Source: Pseudomonadales bacterium
GTDB taxonomy: Bacteria; Patescibacteriota; Microgenomatia; UBA1400; PJMF01
Direction of reading: 5' to 3'
NCBI GenBank assembly: GCA_020632235.1
Contig: JACKFY010000001.1
Span: forward strand, 93,602 to 157,601
Length of the DNA: 64,000 bases
Part shown: piece after piece, positions 27,647 through 38,557 of the stretch
Layout: the number at the start of each line of letters is the position of its first letter
Position numbering within the stretch: position 1 is the first letter of the stretch
Notes under the pieces: model-generated
The model's input: the letters and a program-made list of their open reading frames with translations, nothing else
What the model was told of the DNA's origin: nothing
The model's database searches: none
Program-made: the position numbers and the translations under genes

Positions 27647-28347
27647 ATAAGTAAATCATTCCTTCTTGAATTAAGATGAACTTCAATTGCGGGGAATGTA
27701 TCTGCCATCCCAAAGTGCAAACTCATGCCATTTGAAAGATACAATTCAAACCACCCACCTTTTAGTATGTACTTTCCAATAACAGGTTTATCTTTTTCGA
27801 GTAGCTCAATAGCATCATCTAACTGGTCGTAGCTATTCATTCTTGAGTCGACCAGCACATTAGCTCTACCTTTTTTATAATCCTGAATGCTCCATGAGCC
27901 ATACGAAACAAGAACTCCAGCTTTGTTTACATCTGCTTCATCAAGATGCATTTGAAAAATAGTTCCATAGACTCGAAATGCTTTTTGTATGCTTGAGCCA
28001 ATCAGTAAATCTAGGTCTTTTGAAGCTTGCTTAATACTTATCTGATGTTTCTTAGTCTTTTGAGCTAATACATGGTATCGATCAAAACTATGTACCAATT
28101 TTCGTTGATCAAGAATTGCCGGATCCCAATTTAATCTTTCTTTTAGGAATTCTCTCAATTTTGGTTCTGCATATTCTTTTTCAGATGCAGGGTAAGAGTA
28201 CAACTCAAACTCACCTTGATTTGTATCAATATAATGACGCCAAATATTCCTTCCAGCACTATCAAAATAGGTTACATCCTCAATTTGACCAATTCCCCAA
28301 TGATCTAAAATTCGTTGTAGTACTTGAATGCTATAAATGCTTTTCAT
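27616..28347 (-). CDS. hypothetical protein (possibly kinase-like), C-terminus replaced by the IS481-like insertion
   Basis: The last about 10 codons and the stop are read from the IS terminus. The original C-terminus (...IFEEKELFYNRDFRDK) can be reconstructed across the TSD on the other side of the IS at about 26513-26561. Confidence 0.4.
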   Translation of the reverse strand: MKSIYSIQVLQRILDHWGIGQIEDVTYFDSAGRNIWRHYIDTNQGEFELYSYPASEKEYAEPKLREFLKERLNWDPAILDQRKLVHSFDRYHVLAQKTKKHQISIKQASKDLDLLIGSSIQKAFRVYGTIFQMHLDEADVNKAGVLVSYGSWSIQDYKKGRANVLVDSRMNSYDQLDDAIELLEKDKPVIGKYILKGGWFELYLSNGMSLHFGMADTFPAIEVHLNSRRNDLLIVKGIYISEN

Positions 28348-28409
28348 TTCTTGTGTAAGTCTTTAGCCAAATGCTCAAAGTTTTTCGTAAATAATCCATA
28401 TCGATCTTC

Positions 28410-28898
28410 TTATGGATACTCACTCAATGCACGAGGATCATTTTCTAGGCTAATGATAGAATCCCAGCCAAAATCTTTGCCGCCGGGTCGAATAGAATCA
28501 GTAATTTTTGTAGGGAGTTGAAAGGAATATTCCATGACTTCACCGTCTGGAGTAGCGTATGCCAGTGCCATTTCAAAATAACCGATACGACCTTTGTTTT
28601 CAACGAGACGAAGTAAGTCATCTGGTGGAATGGTTCGTTCCGTATGCGCCATATATGGACCCGGCCAACCCGGAAACGCATGAAGGTAAAAACCATGATC
28701 CTCTCTCATAACAGGATTTCCAGCTTGCTGGGCAGCTATGATTGCACCGTGACGAGCTATTTCTGCGTTGCTATCAGCCTGGATCTCAGGAATATCAAGT
28801 TGTAATGGTAGTATTTCAATACCAAACGGTTGCATTGCTAACTGAGCAGTAGCAATTTTAAATGGATTCCTGGTAAGAAAACGTATTTGTTGAGTCAT
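28410..28898 (-). CDS. Non-canonical purine NTP pyrophosphatase (Ham1/RdgB family)
   Basis: Alignable to RdgB: N-terminal ...TRNPFKIAT..., central REDHGFYLHAFPGWPGPY, C-terminal GKDFGWDSII. Confidence 0.6.
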   Translation of the reverse strand: MTQQIRFLTRNPFKIATAQLAMQPFGIEILPLQLDIPEIQADSNAEIARHGAIIAAQQAGNPVMREDHGFYLHAFPGWPGPYMAHTERTIPPDDLLRLVENKGRIGYFEMALAYATPDGEVMEYSFQLPTKITDSIRPGGKDFGWDSIISLENDPRALSEYP

Positions 28899-29923
28899 AG
28901 GATTTTTAAGGTTTCTGGATCATCAAACGTACACTGATTAACGCCGAGATTGATAGTTTTTTGTAGTACTGCCCGATCAGCACTTTTTAAGTGGGTGTGC
29001 AAGACAATTCCTGCGCGCTTAAGATCAGAAGCTAATTTTTGATTGTACAAGTCAACATCTAAGTGCAATACGTTGGCACCAGATAACTCCAGATGCTTGA
29101 GTATCCACTGCGAAACAAACTCCTGTGTCATCCAGTCTTCAATCAGCCAGCGGTGAAAAATGAGACCTACCAGTGTATTTGGGAAAGCAGCTCGGATGTG
29201 TGGCACAAGTGGAATAACGCTGGTGGTGATTTCAAAGTCTTGAGCCTGATGTTTTTCTATGAGTTGTTTGACTTTTTCAATGGCTTCCAAATCGAGAGTC
29301 TTGATCTCGATCTCGATTCGACCTTTGTGGCTAAACTTTTCTAGAACCTCATCAAGCATTGGATACTTCTTACTACGATCAAAAAAATAGTCATGGACAA
29401 CAATAACCTTACCTTTATCGTTTAAATGTACATCCAACTCAATCCCATCAGCTCCTAGTTCAAATGCTGAAGCAAACGCATCAGGCGTATTTTCTGGATA
29501 ATCACGTGTGTTTCCGCGGTGGGCAATGAGCAGCGGTTGCTTCGGTTGTATTTCAATTGCAAATACCCCATTTTTCATAATTGCCTCTTTGTAACCAATG
29601 ATCGAGTGAATAGATTCAATGCCTCCGGCGACATTCTTTCCACTAGAAAGTGTGCGCTTGGTTCCTTCAGTTTCAAGCAATTCTTGAACTGTTTTGTAAT
29701 GGCGAGTGTCCACAGTTCGTACTTCTAGCGACTCTTTGGTTTCATTGTTGATAAACCGAATAGTGTCACCGGTATGAATTTGGGAATGATCAAAATCTGA
29801 ATACGCTCCGTTCGCCCGTACCTCAATGGATTTCGTGCCTCGCTTCATTGCTTGCCAAGGTCGATTGTTGAGATCGAGCACATGAGTGCCATCAGCAATG
29901 GTGTGATCTTTATGATTCATCAC
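28895..29923 (-). CDS. ASCH-domain plus glycerophosphodiester phosphodiesterase (GDPD) fusion protein
   Basis: The C-terminal IAHRGNTRDYPENTPDAFASAFELGADGIELDVHLNDKGKVIVVHD is the GDPD signature. The N-terminal about 110 aa is ASCH-like. Confidence 0.65.
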   Translation of the reverse strand: MMNHKDHTIADGTHVLDLNNRPWQAMKRGTKSIEVRANGAYSDFDHSQIHTGDTIRFINNETKESLEVRTVDTRHYKTVQELLETEGTKRTLSSGKNVAGGIESIHSIIGYKEAIMKNGVFAIEIQPKQPLLIAHRGNTRDYPENTPDAFASAFELGADGIELDVHLNDKGKVIVVHDYFFDRSKKYPMLDEVLEKFSHKGRIEIEIKTLDLEAIEKVKQLIEKHQAQDFEITTSVIPLVPHIRAAFPNTLVGLIFHRWLIEDWMTQEFVSQWILKHLELSGANVLHLDVDLYNQKLASDLKRAGIVLHTHLKSADRAVLQKTINLGVNQCTFDDPETLKIL

Positions 29924-30608
29924 TAAAAATCTCCCTTACCGTACTGTCCACCAAAATATGCATCGTGTCATAGATAGCTACTGTTGGGTGCGATGGAGTC
30001 GCTAATTGCAAATCGGTGCAAGCAAGCAGAGTGGTCTGTACGCCAGAATCCGCTAGATTTCCGATTATGGTATTGAGGACCTGAGTGTCTTGAGCTGTGT
30101 GTTCATGATTCACTAAACAAGTAATACTCTGGTTGAGTTTTTGCTGAGATTGATTGTCTGGGGTGGTAATAGAAACATTTTTGCTCTCAAGTGGCTGGTG
30201 ATACAACTGTGAGTTGATAGTTGCACTGGTAGCCAAAAGTCCAACCTGATTAATGTCATGATTCTCTAGAAATTGAGCTGTTTCCTCAATGATGCTAAGA
30301 ACAGGGATCTGTGCAATCTTGCGTAGATCTTCAATGAATACATGGACACTATTACAGAGAATGATAATAAAATCAGCTCCACCTGCTTCAAGTTTTTGAA
30401 CGCCTTCTGTGAGCAACTCTAGATAATAATCTTGTCGATCCTCACCCTCAATAAATGCCGATTCCTCTTTAAGATTCATTGGCACATTCCAAATGAGAAG
30501 TGGTGGTCTGTTTTCTGGATCAACTGTTTTTGCTTTTTCAATGACCTGAAGGTAAAACTTTGAAGTAGTATCTGGTCCAAGTCCACCGATGATGCCTGTA
30601 GTTTTCAT
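29910..30608 (-). CDS. Asp/Glu racemase family protein (aspartate racemase-like)
   Basis: MKTTGIIGGLGPDTT..., with conserved Cys sites in ILCNSVH and LACTDL. Confidence 0.75.
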   Translation of the reverse strand: MKTTGIIGGLGPDTTSKFYLQVIEKAKTVDPENRPPLLIWNVPMNLKEESAFIEGEDRQDYYLELLTEGVQKLEAGGADFIIILCNSVHVFIEDLRKIAQIPVLSIIEETAQFLENHDINQVGLLATSATINSQLYHQPLESKNVSITTPDNQSQQKLNQSITCLVNHEHTAQDTQVLNTIIGNLADSGVQTTLLACTDLQLATPSHPTVAIYDTMHILVDSTVREIFSDES

Positions 30609-30748
30609 ACCTTAATTATATCGCTCTTTTAGCCTGGTATCTATGACGGTTTTTCAGTTTTTAGCTCTTTGTTAGCTAAAATGAAGCGAGTTTTTACCAT
30701 CCCCAACGCTTCCCGTCTATCATCTGAACTTCCAGTTTTTAGGATATG

Positions 30749-31914
30749 TGTCAAGCGCCCCTTTTCGTAGACACGGATTGTAAATACTTGGCATGGAATC
30801 TGGAGGGTGGCATTTTCAAGGCAGAGTGAATTCTTTCATGGTTGTAGCTGTAAAGGGTGTGGTGTATTGCTTCCAGAAAGTGCCCTTCATCGTCGAAGCG
30901 GTCAAACTCAAGGCCTAAGTCAGTTTTAAAGTTGTTGTAAAAGGATTCTTGGTAACCATTTTCCCAGGGAGAAGCCTTGGTACTCATGGAAATTGTAACC
31001 CCAAAATTCTTCACTAAGTCAGTGTAATCTTGGGAACAATATTCTGCTCCTTGGTCAGAGTGGATGTATATTGGTTTCTGGAAGTCTCGGTTAACTAAGC
31101 CATCTAAAAAGGCTTGCATAACCAATGTTTTGTCATGTCTATCGGATATTTGCCAAGCCACTATCTCTCTGGTAAAAATATCCATGAAAGTAGCTATGTA
31201 GATAAACTTGCCCTTAAATGGCAAGTATGTAAAATCTCCAGCCCAAGTGTGGTTGGGGTACTAGTGGACACTGGTTTTTAATCTCGTTTGCAAAAGCTAC
31301 TGGCTTTCTTTGTTCATCTCTTCTTTTTCGCCATCTGGCTTTTTCTTTTGTATGGCCTCGCCATATTTCTTCATACATCTGCGAATTCGCTTCTTACCAA
31401 CTCCTAGTTCAATTGCTAACCTGCGGTAGCCATAACTGGCTTTGCTCTGGTGAGAACTCTACACCTCCTCAATTTGTTGCTTTAACTGCTTGTCTTTTTC
31501 TACCTGAATAAAATCTGTTTTGTACAACCACTACCTAGAAATACCAAGAGCATCCGCCAAGAGAGTTTTATCCAGATGTGGCAGTGCTTCCAAAAGTAAT
31601 GTACTAGTTTCTGTTCTTTTTTTAACTTCTAGTTCGAGTGTGAGAACTCCAAGTATTTGCTTAAGTTGTTGGTTTTCCTTCATTACCCGTTTGTATTCCC
31701 GCCAAGACACCTGCTCTTTTACTTGACCTCGCAGCCAGTTATAGATGGTTTTAGTGCTAATTCCATACGCCTTGGCTAAATCCGCCACTTTTTGCCCTGC
31801 CTTTACCTTGGCTATGATTTCGGCCTTAATATCTTTAGAAATTCCTGCCACTTTGCCCCCTTTCTGACAACTATTTTAATTACAATTAGTGTCAAGTATA
31901 AGGGGAGCGGGTCA
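30749..31914 (-). mobile_element. IS3-family IS, copy B (inverted; orfB N-terminal region frameshifted; third TAG replaced by TAC)
   Basis: Same termini as copy A. OrfA is at 31531..31851 (one codon shorter in the A-tract). The OrfB C-terminal part is at 30751..31224 and reads through ...HHTLYSYNHERIHSALK. Confidence 0.8.
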
Positions 31915-32389
31915 GTGGAAAAATAGGATGAGAAGCAAGATTTATAATACCCCCCACATTATTAACTTGGATCAGAGTCAATAAAATTTCTACCCCCAAC
32001 AACATGAGTGAAGAAGCACTAAAAAAAAATTCAAGCTTATAAGCAAAAAATCGATGATAGGCTTAGAAATGAGCGAATACAGTCCATACAGCAGACTATT
32101 CCTACAGTATTTGAGACAGCAGGTTTTCCTAAGGGTGCGTACGAAATCCTCTCAGGAGAGACGCTCTCTCTTGATGGAAGAGGTGAGTGCTTAGAAATGA
32201 AGATTAGACTGATTGAAGGTGAAGGAAGAGTAGGAAATTTGATCAGGGCCTTTGAGATACTCTCGCAAGAGTACCAAGTAGTAGTCGATGATGTTTTGAC
32301 ACTGAGGGTAGACGTGTGACTACTGAACAAAGATAAGAAAAGTTCAAAGTTTTGTTTTGACCATCTTTATGCTATAAAACTCTTTAGAG

Positions 32390-33947
32390 ATGCTTCAAAA
32401 CATACGTAGTGGTTCATGGTTTACTATTTTTCTAACGATCACGCTATGTGTGAGTATTTTTTTGGGCACACTTCATTTTTTTAGATCAGATATTTTATAT
32501 CACACCGATATCGCCCGTGATTTTTTACTTGTGCAAGAAATGGTTGATGAAAAGAAAATTTTTTTAATAGGAGGCAAAACAAGCATTCCTGGAGTTTTTC
32601 ATGGCCCGCTATATTACTGGATGATGTTGCCATTTTTTATGATCTCTGACGGAAATCCTCTTGTAGTAAGTATTTTATGGCTGCTACTCTACTGGAGTTT
32701 TTTAGCTGCCGCTTATTATATAAGCAAAAAACTAGCAGATACTTCTTTTGCCTTAATCACCACCGCTCTTCTTGCAACACTTACTGCCTATCTACCATTT
32801 GGCTTTACTCACACCACTGTAGCAAATTTTTTGACACTACCCCTTGTTTATTTTATTTGGATGTATAAAAAAACCAGCAATTGGTTGTTTTTGGCAATCA
32901 CCGTCTTTACAGCAGGTCTTCTTATTCAGTTTCAAATGGGTTTTGGTATTTCCATCTCTTTAATACTGTGTGTGTATCTGGTATATCAAATCTTAAAAAA
33001 TAAGCAATACAAGCATCTATTGCTAGGGTTCATCATCTGCATTCCACTGAGTACTTTTTTTATATTTGACGTGAGACATGAGTTTGCACAGACTAAATCA
33101 GCTATGGCATACATGGGCGGTGGTAACTCCACAGGCTCTTTAACAGCACACCTTTCAGCTCGTCTTTTTGAGTTTAGTGGTAGTTTTAGATTGATAGATG
33201 GTTCTTTAGATCAGGATCAAAAACCCATAAGTGTATTGGTTTTAGTGTCTTTAGTATGGCTATTTATGCAACGATCTATTCTTAAAAAAGACCCAAGAGA
33301 AATGCTCACTATCGCGATGGTTTTTATCTTTGGGTTTTGGATCGCTCTTTTGTTTTACAAAGGCGCGCTTTGGTCACACTACTATGAACCACTACTACCG
33401 CTGGCTGTTCTCGGTGTTTCTTATTTTTTTATACTTTGTTTTTCCCAGAAAAATTGGATTACTAATTATAGCAATAATTATTGGTATAAACACCTATTAT
33501 AATATCCAATATGGCATGAAGTATATGTCAAGCCCACCTACAACACATGAATTTCACTGGAAATTTTATCGTCAGTTGGCTGGTGATGTATTTTCTAGCA
33601 ACAACCAAGGTGGCTTTTCTTACTTTGCATTTTCTCCCGATCAATATGCATACCAAGCAAAATATGCTATGCGCTATTTTTCCCAGGAACAGAATATACA
33701 AACATTACCTTTTCAGAAAAGCGCCATCACCTACCTGATGATTGCCCCCAATGACAATACAAACCCCTGGGCAAACGAAGAGTGCTGGCAAAAAGAACAA
33801 CTGAAAATAACAAAACAACCAGATTTATTTTGGACGTATAGCACCGACCAATTTGAGAGTTATTCTGTGAAAAAATTTTCCCTCAACCAAGAAGAGATAG
33901 AGAATGAATCAGATCCAAACTTGGTGAATGGAATTCAATTTAGATAG
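32390..33947 (+). pseudogene. GT-C-like polytopic membrane glycosyltransferase-like protein, split into two overlapping ORFs (32390..33502, 33330..33947)
   Basis: Paralogous to the intact 511-aa protein at 36090..37625 (shared DIARDFLL...IPG-FHGPLYYW, QFQMGFGI). A frameshift lies in the 33330-33500 overlap. Confidence 0.55.
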
Positions 33948-33961
33948 ATCAGTATATCGAT

Positions 33962-34426
33962 ATGTACAGACCAACCTTCACCTTCACAAAAGATATAGAG
34001 CAAGAGCTAGAAGGGTACGATCCACAGCGATTTTGCATGACTGAGATGGAGCAGGTGTTCTTTGAGCAACTGATTGACTGGTATGGAGAGTATTGTTATA
34101 TCTTCCCCCAGATGCATTTTAGCTCTCTGTTTCATGTTTCTTCCTCTATTCGCCGTACACACACGCTGCAAAATAGGATTGATAGAAAGTCAGTAGACTT
34201 TGTGTTTGTGGGAAAGAAAAAATTTAAGGTAGTTTTGCTCATAGAACTAGATGATCATTCTCATCGAAGTCCATCAAGAATTGAGCGAGACAAGTTTGTT
34301 AACATGTTGTGTGCCAAGCACAATGTACCATTGTTGCATTTTTCACCTAGTGATGTTGAGTCAGAGGAAGTGGTGAAAAAAGGAATAGACGACATCCTTA
34401 CAGTTCTAACAACGCATCATGGTTAA
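33962..34426 (+). CDS. DUF2726-like protein (second paralog)
   Basis: Contains KSVDFVFVGKKKFKVVLLIELDDHSH and QVFFEQLIDWYGEYCYIFPQMHFSSLF. Same family as 473..985, without the N-terminal TM. Confidence 0.55.
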   Translation: MYRPTFTFTKDIEQELEGYDPQRFCMTEMEQVFFEQLIDWYGEYCYIFPQMHFSSLFHVSSSIRRTHTLQNRIDRKSVDFVFVGKKKFKVVLLIELDDHSHRSPSRIERDKFVNMLCAKHNVPLLHFSPSDVESEEVVKKGIDDILTVLTTHHG

Positions 34427-36089
34427 AAAAAGTTGGATACTACCTCTGTTACTTTGTGCATTTTTAACATTTTTTGTCACTAAAAACTTTTTTACTCACC
34501 CGGGTATTTGGCCGACGCACGACGGAGAGATTCATCTGGTGCGCTCGATGCAGTTTTTCCACGAGCTAGAGCGAGGGCAGTTTCCCGTTCGCGTCTCGGT
34601 AGACCAAGCATACTTTCGCAGCTACCCAGTATTTTCATTTTTCTATCCATTGCCGTACTACACCTCAGCTTTGTTTCAGTTGGCTGGGTTTTCAGCAACG
34701 TTTAGCTGGCAACTTCTACTTCTTGCAAGCACATTTTTCTCATTATTATTTTTTTATGCTTGGATGCGCTCTTACTTTGACCTGTTTGCCAGTAGCGTCG
34801 CGACTGTTGTGTATGCACTGGTGCCCTTTCAGTTTCTCACACTGTTTGTGACAGGCCAGATAGGCGGTTACCTTTCATTGTTATGGGCAAGCGTGCTGGC
34901 ACTGGGCATACACACAACAATCAGAGAAAAAAGTAGAGTGGGAGGCATCTTGGTAGCGGTCGGTGGTGCAAGCATGATGCTCTCGCACGCTATGTCAATT
35001 ATTATTTTTGGCATTCCCTTGGCGATATATACACTGATTGTACTTTGGCAAGAAAATGAGAAAAGTGCACCTTTTCGTTTGCTGATTGGTTGGCTGGTAC
35101 TTGCTTTAGGTCTCTCATCGTTTTATTTTATTCCTTTTTTGTTTGAGCGTGATACTGTCAAGATGGGTCATGGACTCCTGACCGACTACAGAGATCACTA
35201 TACAACAGTCAAGCAGTTACTCTACTCCCCTTGGGGATACTACTACTCCAATCCTGGCCCTGATGACGGCATGTCGCTGCAAGTAGGCGTGACAGTACTG
35301 CTCGCAGCTGGGGTGAGCGCCATCCTACTTCTTTTAAAGAGTGTGAAAAAACAAGTATCTCAAAAAAGCCGAGTGCTCCCTGCAGGTATGATTGCTGTGT
35401 TTTTTTTACTTTGTTTTTTACAAACAGAGCACTCTTCGTTTATATGGAAAGTAGTAGTGCCGCTGCAGTATATCCAGTTTCCCTGGAGACTGCTCGCAGC
35501 CACCAGTTTTGTGGGGGCGTGGTTGGCGGGCTGGAGCATGCAGGAAGTGCGCGGAAAATGCCGATATGCACTCGCTGCATGCTTCATAACCCTCGCTGTT
35601 TGGAACGTGAGAAACTACACCAACCCGTGGCCCCTTGATTGGCGAGTCGACCAAGACTTCAAAGCTAACACGCAAGCATACTACGGGCCAACTGATATTT
35701 TTTGGGAGCTCATGCCAGCGGGTGTTGTTGACGCACCCTCCTATCCTCCAGAAAGCATGCTGGTGTATGAGCCAGCGATAGTTGATGTCACTCGATTGGA
35801 AAATCAGGAAGTAGGTGCGACTCGTTATGCATTTTCTCTGTCTGCCACACAGCAGAGTGTCGTCGAGTTTCTCGTGTGGCAGTATCCATTTTGGCAGATT
35901 ATGCTGGATGGGGTGGAGGTAAAGCCAGAGGTTGGGCAGCAGGGCACGATGATTATCTCTATTCCCGAAGGTGAGCACCAACTTACGGCACAACTGGTCA
36001 CAACTCCTGCCCAAAAAGTAGGAGATCTACTTACTGTGATAGCAGCACTCACTTTGCTGTGGATAGGCGTTCGTTCTACTCGTAGATAA
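34419..36089 (+). CDS. Large polytopic membrane protein (YfhO/PTPS-related-like, putative glycosyltransferase)
   Basis: 556 aa, 10 or more TM helices and a C-terminal beta-rich extracytoplasmic domain. Family assignment is tentative. Confidence 0.4.
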   Translation: MVKKSWILPLLLCAFLTFFVTKNFFTHPGIWPTHDGEIHLVRSMQFFHELERGQFPVRVSVDQAYFRSYPVFSFFYPLPYYTSALFQLAGFSATFSWQLLLLASTFFSLLFFYAWMRSYFDLFASSVATVVYALVPFQFLTLFVTGQIGGYLSLLWASVLALGIHTTIREKSRVGGILVAVGGASMMLSHAMSIIIFGIPLAIYTLIVLWQENEKSAPFRLLIGWLVLALGLSSFYFIPFLFERDTVKMGHGLLTDYRDHYTTVKQLLYSPWGYYYSNPGPDDGMSLQVGVTVLLAAGVSAILLLLKSVKKQVSQKSRVLPAGMIAVFFLLCFLQTEHSSFIWKVVVPLQYIQFPWRLLAATSFVGAWLAGWSMQEVRGKCRYALAACFITLAVWNVRNYTNPWPLDWRVDQDFKANTQAYYGPTDIFWELMPAGVVDAPSYPPESMLVYEPAIVDVTRLENQEVGATRYAFSLSATQQSVVEFLVWQYPFWQIMLDGVEVKPEVGQQGTMIISIPEGEHQLTAQLVTTPAQKVGDLLTVIAALTLLWIGVRSTRR

Positions 36090-37625
36090 TTAGCGGAAAA
36101 ACACGCCAGTATCGAGGTTGGGGTCTATAGGCTGCTCTACTTCTGTTTTTTCCAGAGTGTATTTTTCAATACTATAGCCATTTTCAAAGCTCCAGCTTGC
36201 AACTGGCTGGCTAGTGATGCCAAACTTTTCTTGTATCCACGATCGACTGTTCAAGTCATCTCTGTCTGCGGGAATGGGCTCAATGGTGACAAATGTCTCT
36301 GGTTTTTTTTCAAATGAATAGATATCTTTCTCTGTATGCTGGCGTTTCATGTACAGCAAAGCATACTTTGGCCCGTAGGCATAGATGTCGGGACTATACG
36401 CAAAGTAGCCAAACTCATCTGAAGATTGTGCAATGATGTTGTCTGTGAGTGATTGTTGAAACTGCCATGAGTCAAATGCCGTGCCGATGATAGTCTCACT
36501 CATCTTGATGTGTGCAAAGCTATACTGCGCGAAGTGCAGCAGAATGATGCTGATGATCACTCCACCCACCCGCCAATTGGTCTGTGCCAAGACGCCCGCC
36601 ACCATAAGCATAGAGAGGCTGGTGATGGGAAACCAGTGATGAAACAGCGCATGTCCTGGAAACAAGAGGGTGAGCAGCCAATACCCACAGTAGAGGTACG
36701 CAGCCAAGAAGTAGGTATTTTTTTCTGTTTTTTCTCTATTTTTTACTTTGAAGAGATAAAACCACCCAAGAAGTCCAAACAAAAGGTAGTTGAGTGGTGT
36801 AGCGCTAGCACGAAATACGCCCATACCACCATTGCTAAAGAGTGCCATGCGTTCTCTGAAAACCTCTGTCATGCTGGGAGCATCGGCGCTTTCACCAACC
36901 GAACTGTTCAGCACTGCTCTGAGTTGGGCAAAGTTATGGGTCAGCTCAAATACCACAAAGGTGCTGAGTGGGATTGCGATAACTATTCCTGTTAATAAAT
37001 GTATATACGTCTTTTTTTTGTACACAAAGATGATGAGTGGCAGCAAGCTGAGTAAAAAAAGTGGTATGCCAACTGCCATTTGAAACTGGATGATGCACCC
37101 GAGCAATAGCCAGTAACCAGCTAGCCACCGCCAGTTTGTAGTCTGGAAATAACGAACTAGCGCGTAGAAAGCAATCGGCAGCAGCATGAATGCTCCATGC
37201 GGGTTGATTAGCTGTGCGCCCTCACTAATATAGAGCGCCGAGGTGAGTACAACAAATATACGTGCTGCCCGCTCGTCAAATAAACGCTTGACCACAACAT
37301 ATCCTCCAGCAAGGCTGGCAACAATCATCCCCATCCAGTACCACCCAACCACTACGGGACTTCCCCCTCCCAGCACGTAGCCAGGAAACGTGAGGTAGAG
37401 CCAAAGCGGTCCGTGAAATAAGCCTGGAATGCCACTGGCTCGAGGTCCAAGCAGCATGATGCCTTTTTCCTGTAGCTCTCCAAACAACAGAAAATCTCTT
37501 GCTACATCTGATATAAATCTGATGTCGCTGTGCAGTACGTACCACGAGGCAGCACACAGGTTGAAGACAAGAGTAATAACGAGTAGGTAGGTGATGGTCT
37601 TTGAGATAGCGGTGTGGATGCGCAT
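36090..37625 (-). CDS. GT-C-like polytopic membrane glycosyltransferase-like protein (intact paralog)
   Basis: 511 aa with many TM helices. Paralog of 32390..33947. Confidence 0.45.
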   Translation of the reverse strand: MRIHTAISKTITYLLVITLVFNLCAASWYVLHSDIRFISDVARDFLLFGELQEKGIMLLGPRASGIPGLFHGPLWLYLTFPGYVLGGGSPVVVGWYWMGMIVASLAGGYVVVKRLFDERAARIFVVLTSALYISEGAQLINPHGAFMLLPIAFYALVRYFQTTNWRWLAGYWLLLGCIIQFQMAVGIPLFLLSLLPLIIFVYKKKTYIHLLTGIVIAIPLSTFVVFELTHNFAQLRAVLNSSVGESADAPSMTEVFRERMALFSNGGMGVFRASATPLNYLLFGLLGWFYLFKVKNREKTEKNTYFLAAYLYCGYWLLTLLFPGHALFHHWFPITSLSMLMVAGVLAQTNWRVGGVIISIILLHFAQYSFAHIKMSETIIGTAFDSWQFQQSLTDNIIAQSSDEFGYFAYSPDIYAYGPKYALLYMKRQHTEKDIYSFEKKPETFVTIEPIPADRDDLNSRSWIQEKFGITSQPVASWSFENGYSIEKYTLEKTEVEQPIDPNLDTGVFFR

Positions 37626-37852
37626 TAACCTAGTATAGGATACAGAGGCATAGTTGTATAACGTGATTTCTTTTACTCCTCTTTTCTTACTCTAACATAT
37701 TAGAAATATCTAATATATATCTGTCTGTATTTTTTTCTATTTTTCTGGTATTTTTTGCTACTTGAGTATAACTCGCTCTCCCCTCTTATTTTTGCATATT
37801 TTGCGGTAAATCTTCCTATAACTATGTTGCAGGTGTGATACCATAAAGAAGT

Positions 37853-38104
37853 ATGTTAAAACCACAGTCAGAAGCACTTGCTAGCACGAGTGTCCCTGCT
37901 AGATCACACATGGTGTACTACAAACCAAGAAAAACAGTCTTACTCGATAATTTTTTGGGCGGAGTATTCTGGGGGTTGGGCTCTGGCATTGGGGCAACCG
38001 TTGTGATCGCCGTAGTTGGATACCTACTTGCCCAGACTACCGAGCTGCCGTTTATTGGTCAAATTATCCAGAACGTCATGCGATCGGTCGGCTCATCACA
38101 GTAA
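37853..38104 (+). CDS. small membrane protein, hypothetical
   Basis: Start probably MVYYKPRK... Single TM (GGVFWGLGSGIGATVVIAVVGYLL). Confidence 0.35.
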   Translation: MLKPQSEALASTSVPARSHMVYYKPRKTVLLDNFLGGVFWGLGSGIGATVVIAVVGYLLAQTTELPFIGQIIQNVMRSVGSSQ

Positions 38105-38107
38105 CGC

Positions 38108-38488
38108 TCAGGTTTTAGGGTTTGTTTGTCTTTTTCGTACTTTTTCTAGCGAGTACATGAGTCGTTCATCAAGATTTATTTTTTTGATGCGAGCAAAGCG
38201 TAAAATAGTGACTAGTAAGTCGCCCAGCTCTTCTTCGTACGACTCATCGTGTTGGGCGGCAAGGTTGGAGCTTTTCCTGCCGTGTTCTGCCAGGTAGGCG
38301 CGTGCCATCTCGCCCACTTCTTCTACCAAACTCAAGATAAGAATAGAGCCAAACTCTTGTGAGTACCGCTTACCCTTGTCAATTTCACTCAAGATATTAA
38401 AGTACCCTCGAAATGGGGTGTCGTAGTACTTTTGACTACTTTGCAGGGTTTTTTTCTTGGCAGATTTATCAGGAATGTTTTGGTTCAT
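38108..38488 (-). CDS. MazG-like nucleotide pyrophosphohydrolase
   Basis: Contains EEVGEMARAY...EELGDLLVTILRFARIKKINLDE, the MazG EExxE/D motifs. Confidence 0.65.
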   Translation of the reverse strand: MNQNIPDKSAKKKTLQSSQKYYDTPFRGYFNILSEIDKGKRYSQEFGSILILSLVEEVGEMARAYLAEHGRKSSNLAAQHDESYEEELGDLLVTILRFARIKKINLDERLMYSLEKVRKRQTNPKT

Positions 38489-38557
38489 ATGTCTGTACTA
38501 TAGCATCTTGATCAATACTGCGAATGAGTATACAGTTTGAGTAGGTTGTAAAAGGGT

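Noticed and set aside
32003-32327. Plus-strand small ORF broken at an A9 tract (MSEEALKKNSSL / ...KIQAYKQKIDDRLRNERIQ...VVVDDVLTLRVDV)
   Set aside because: No homology is recognisable and the frame is broken at a homopolymer. Mentioned only under the homopolymer finding.
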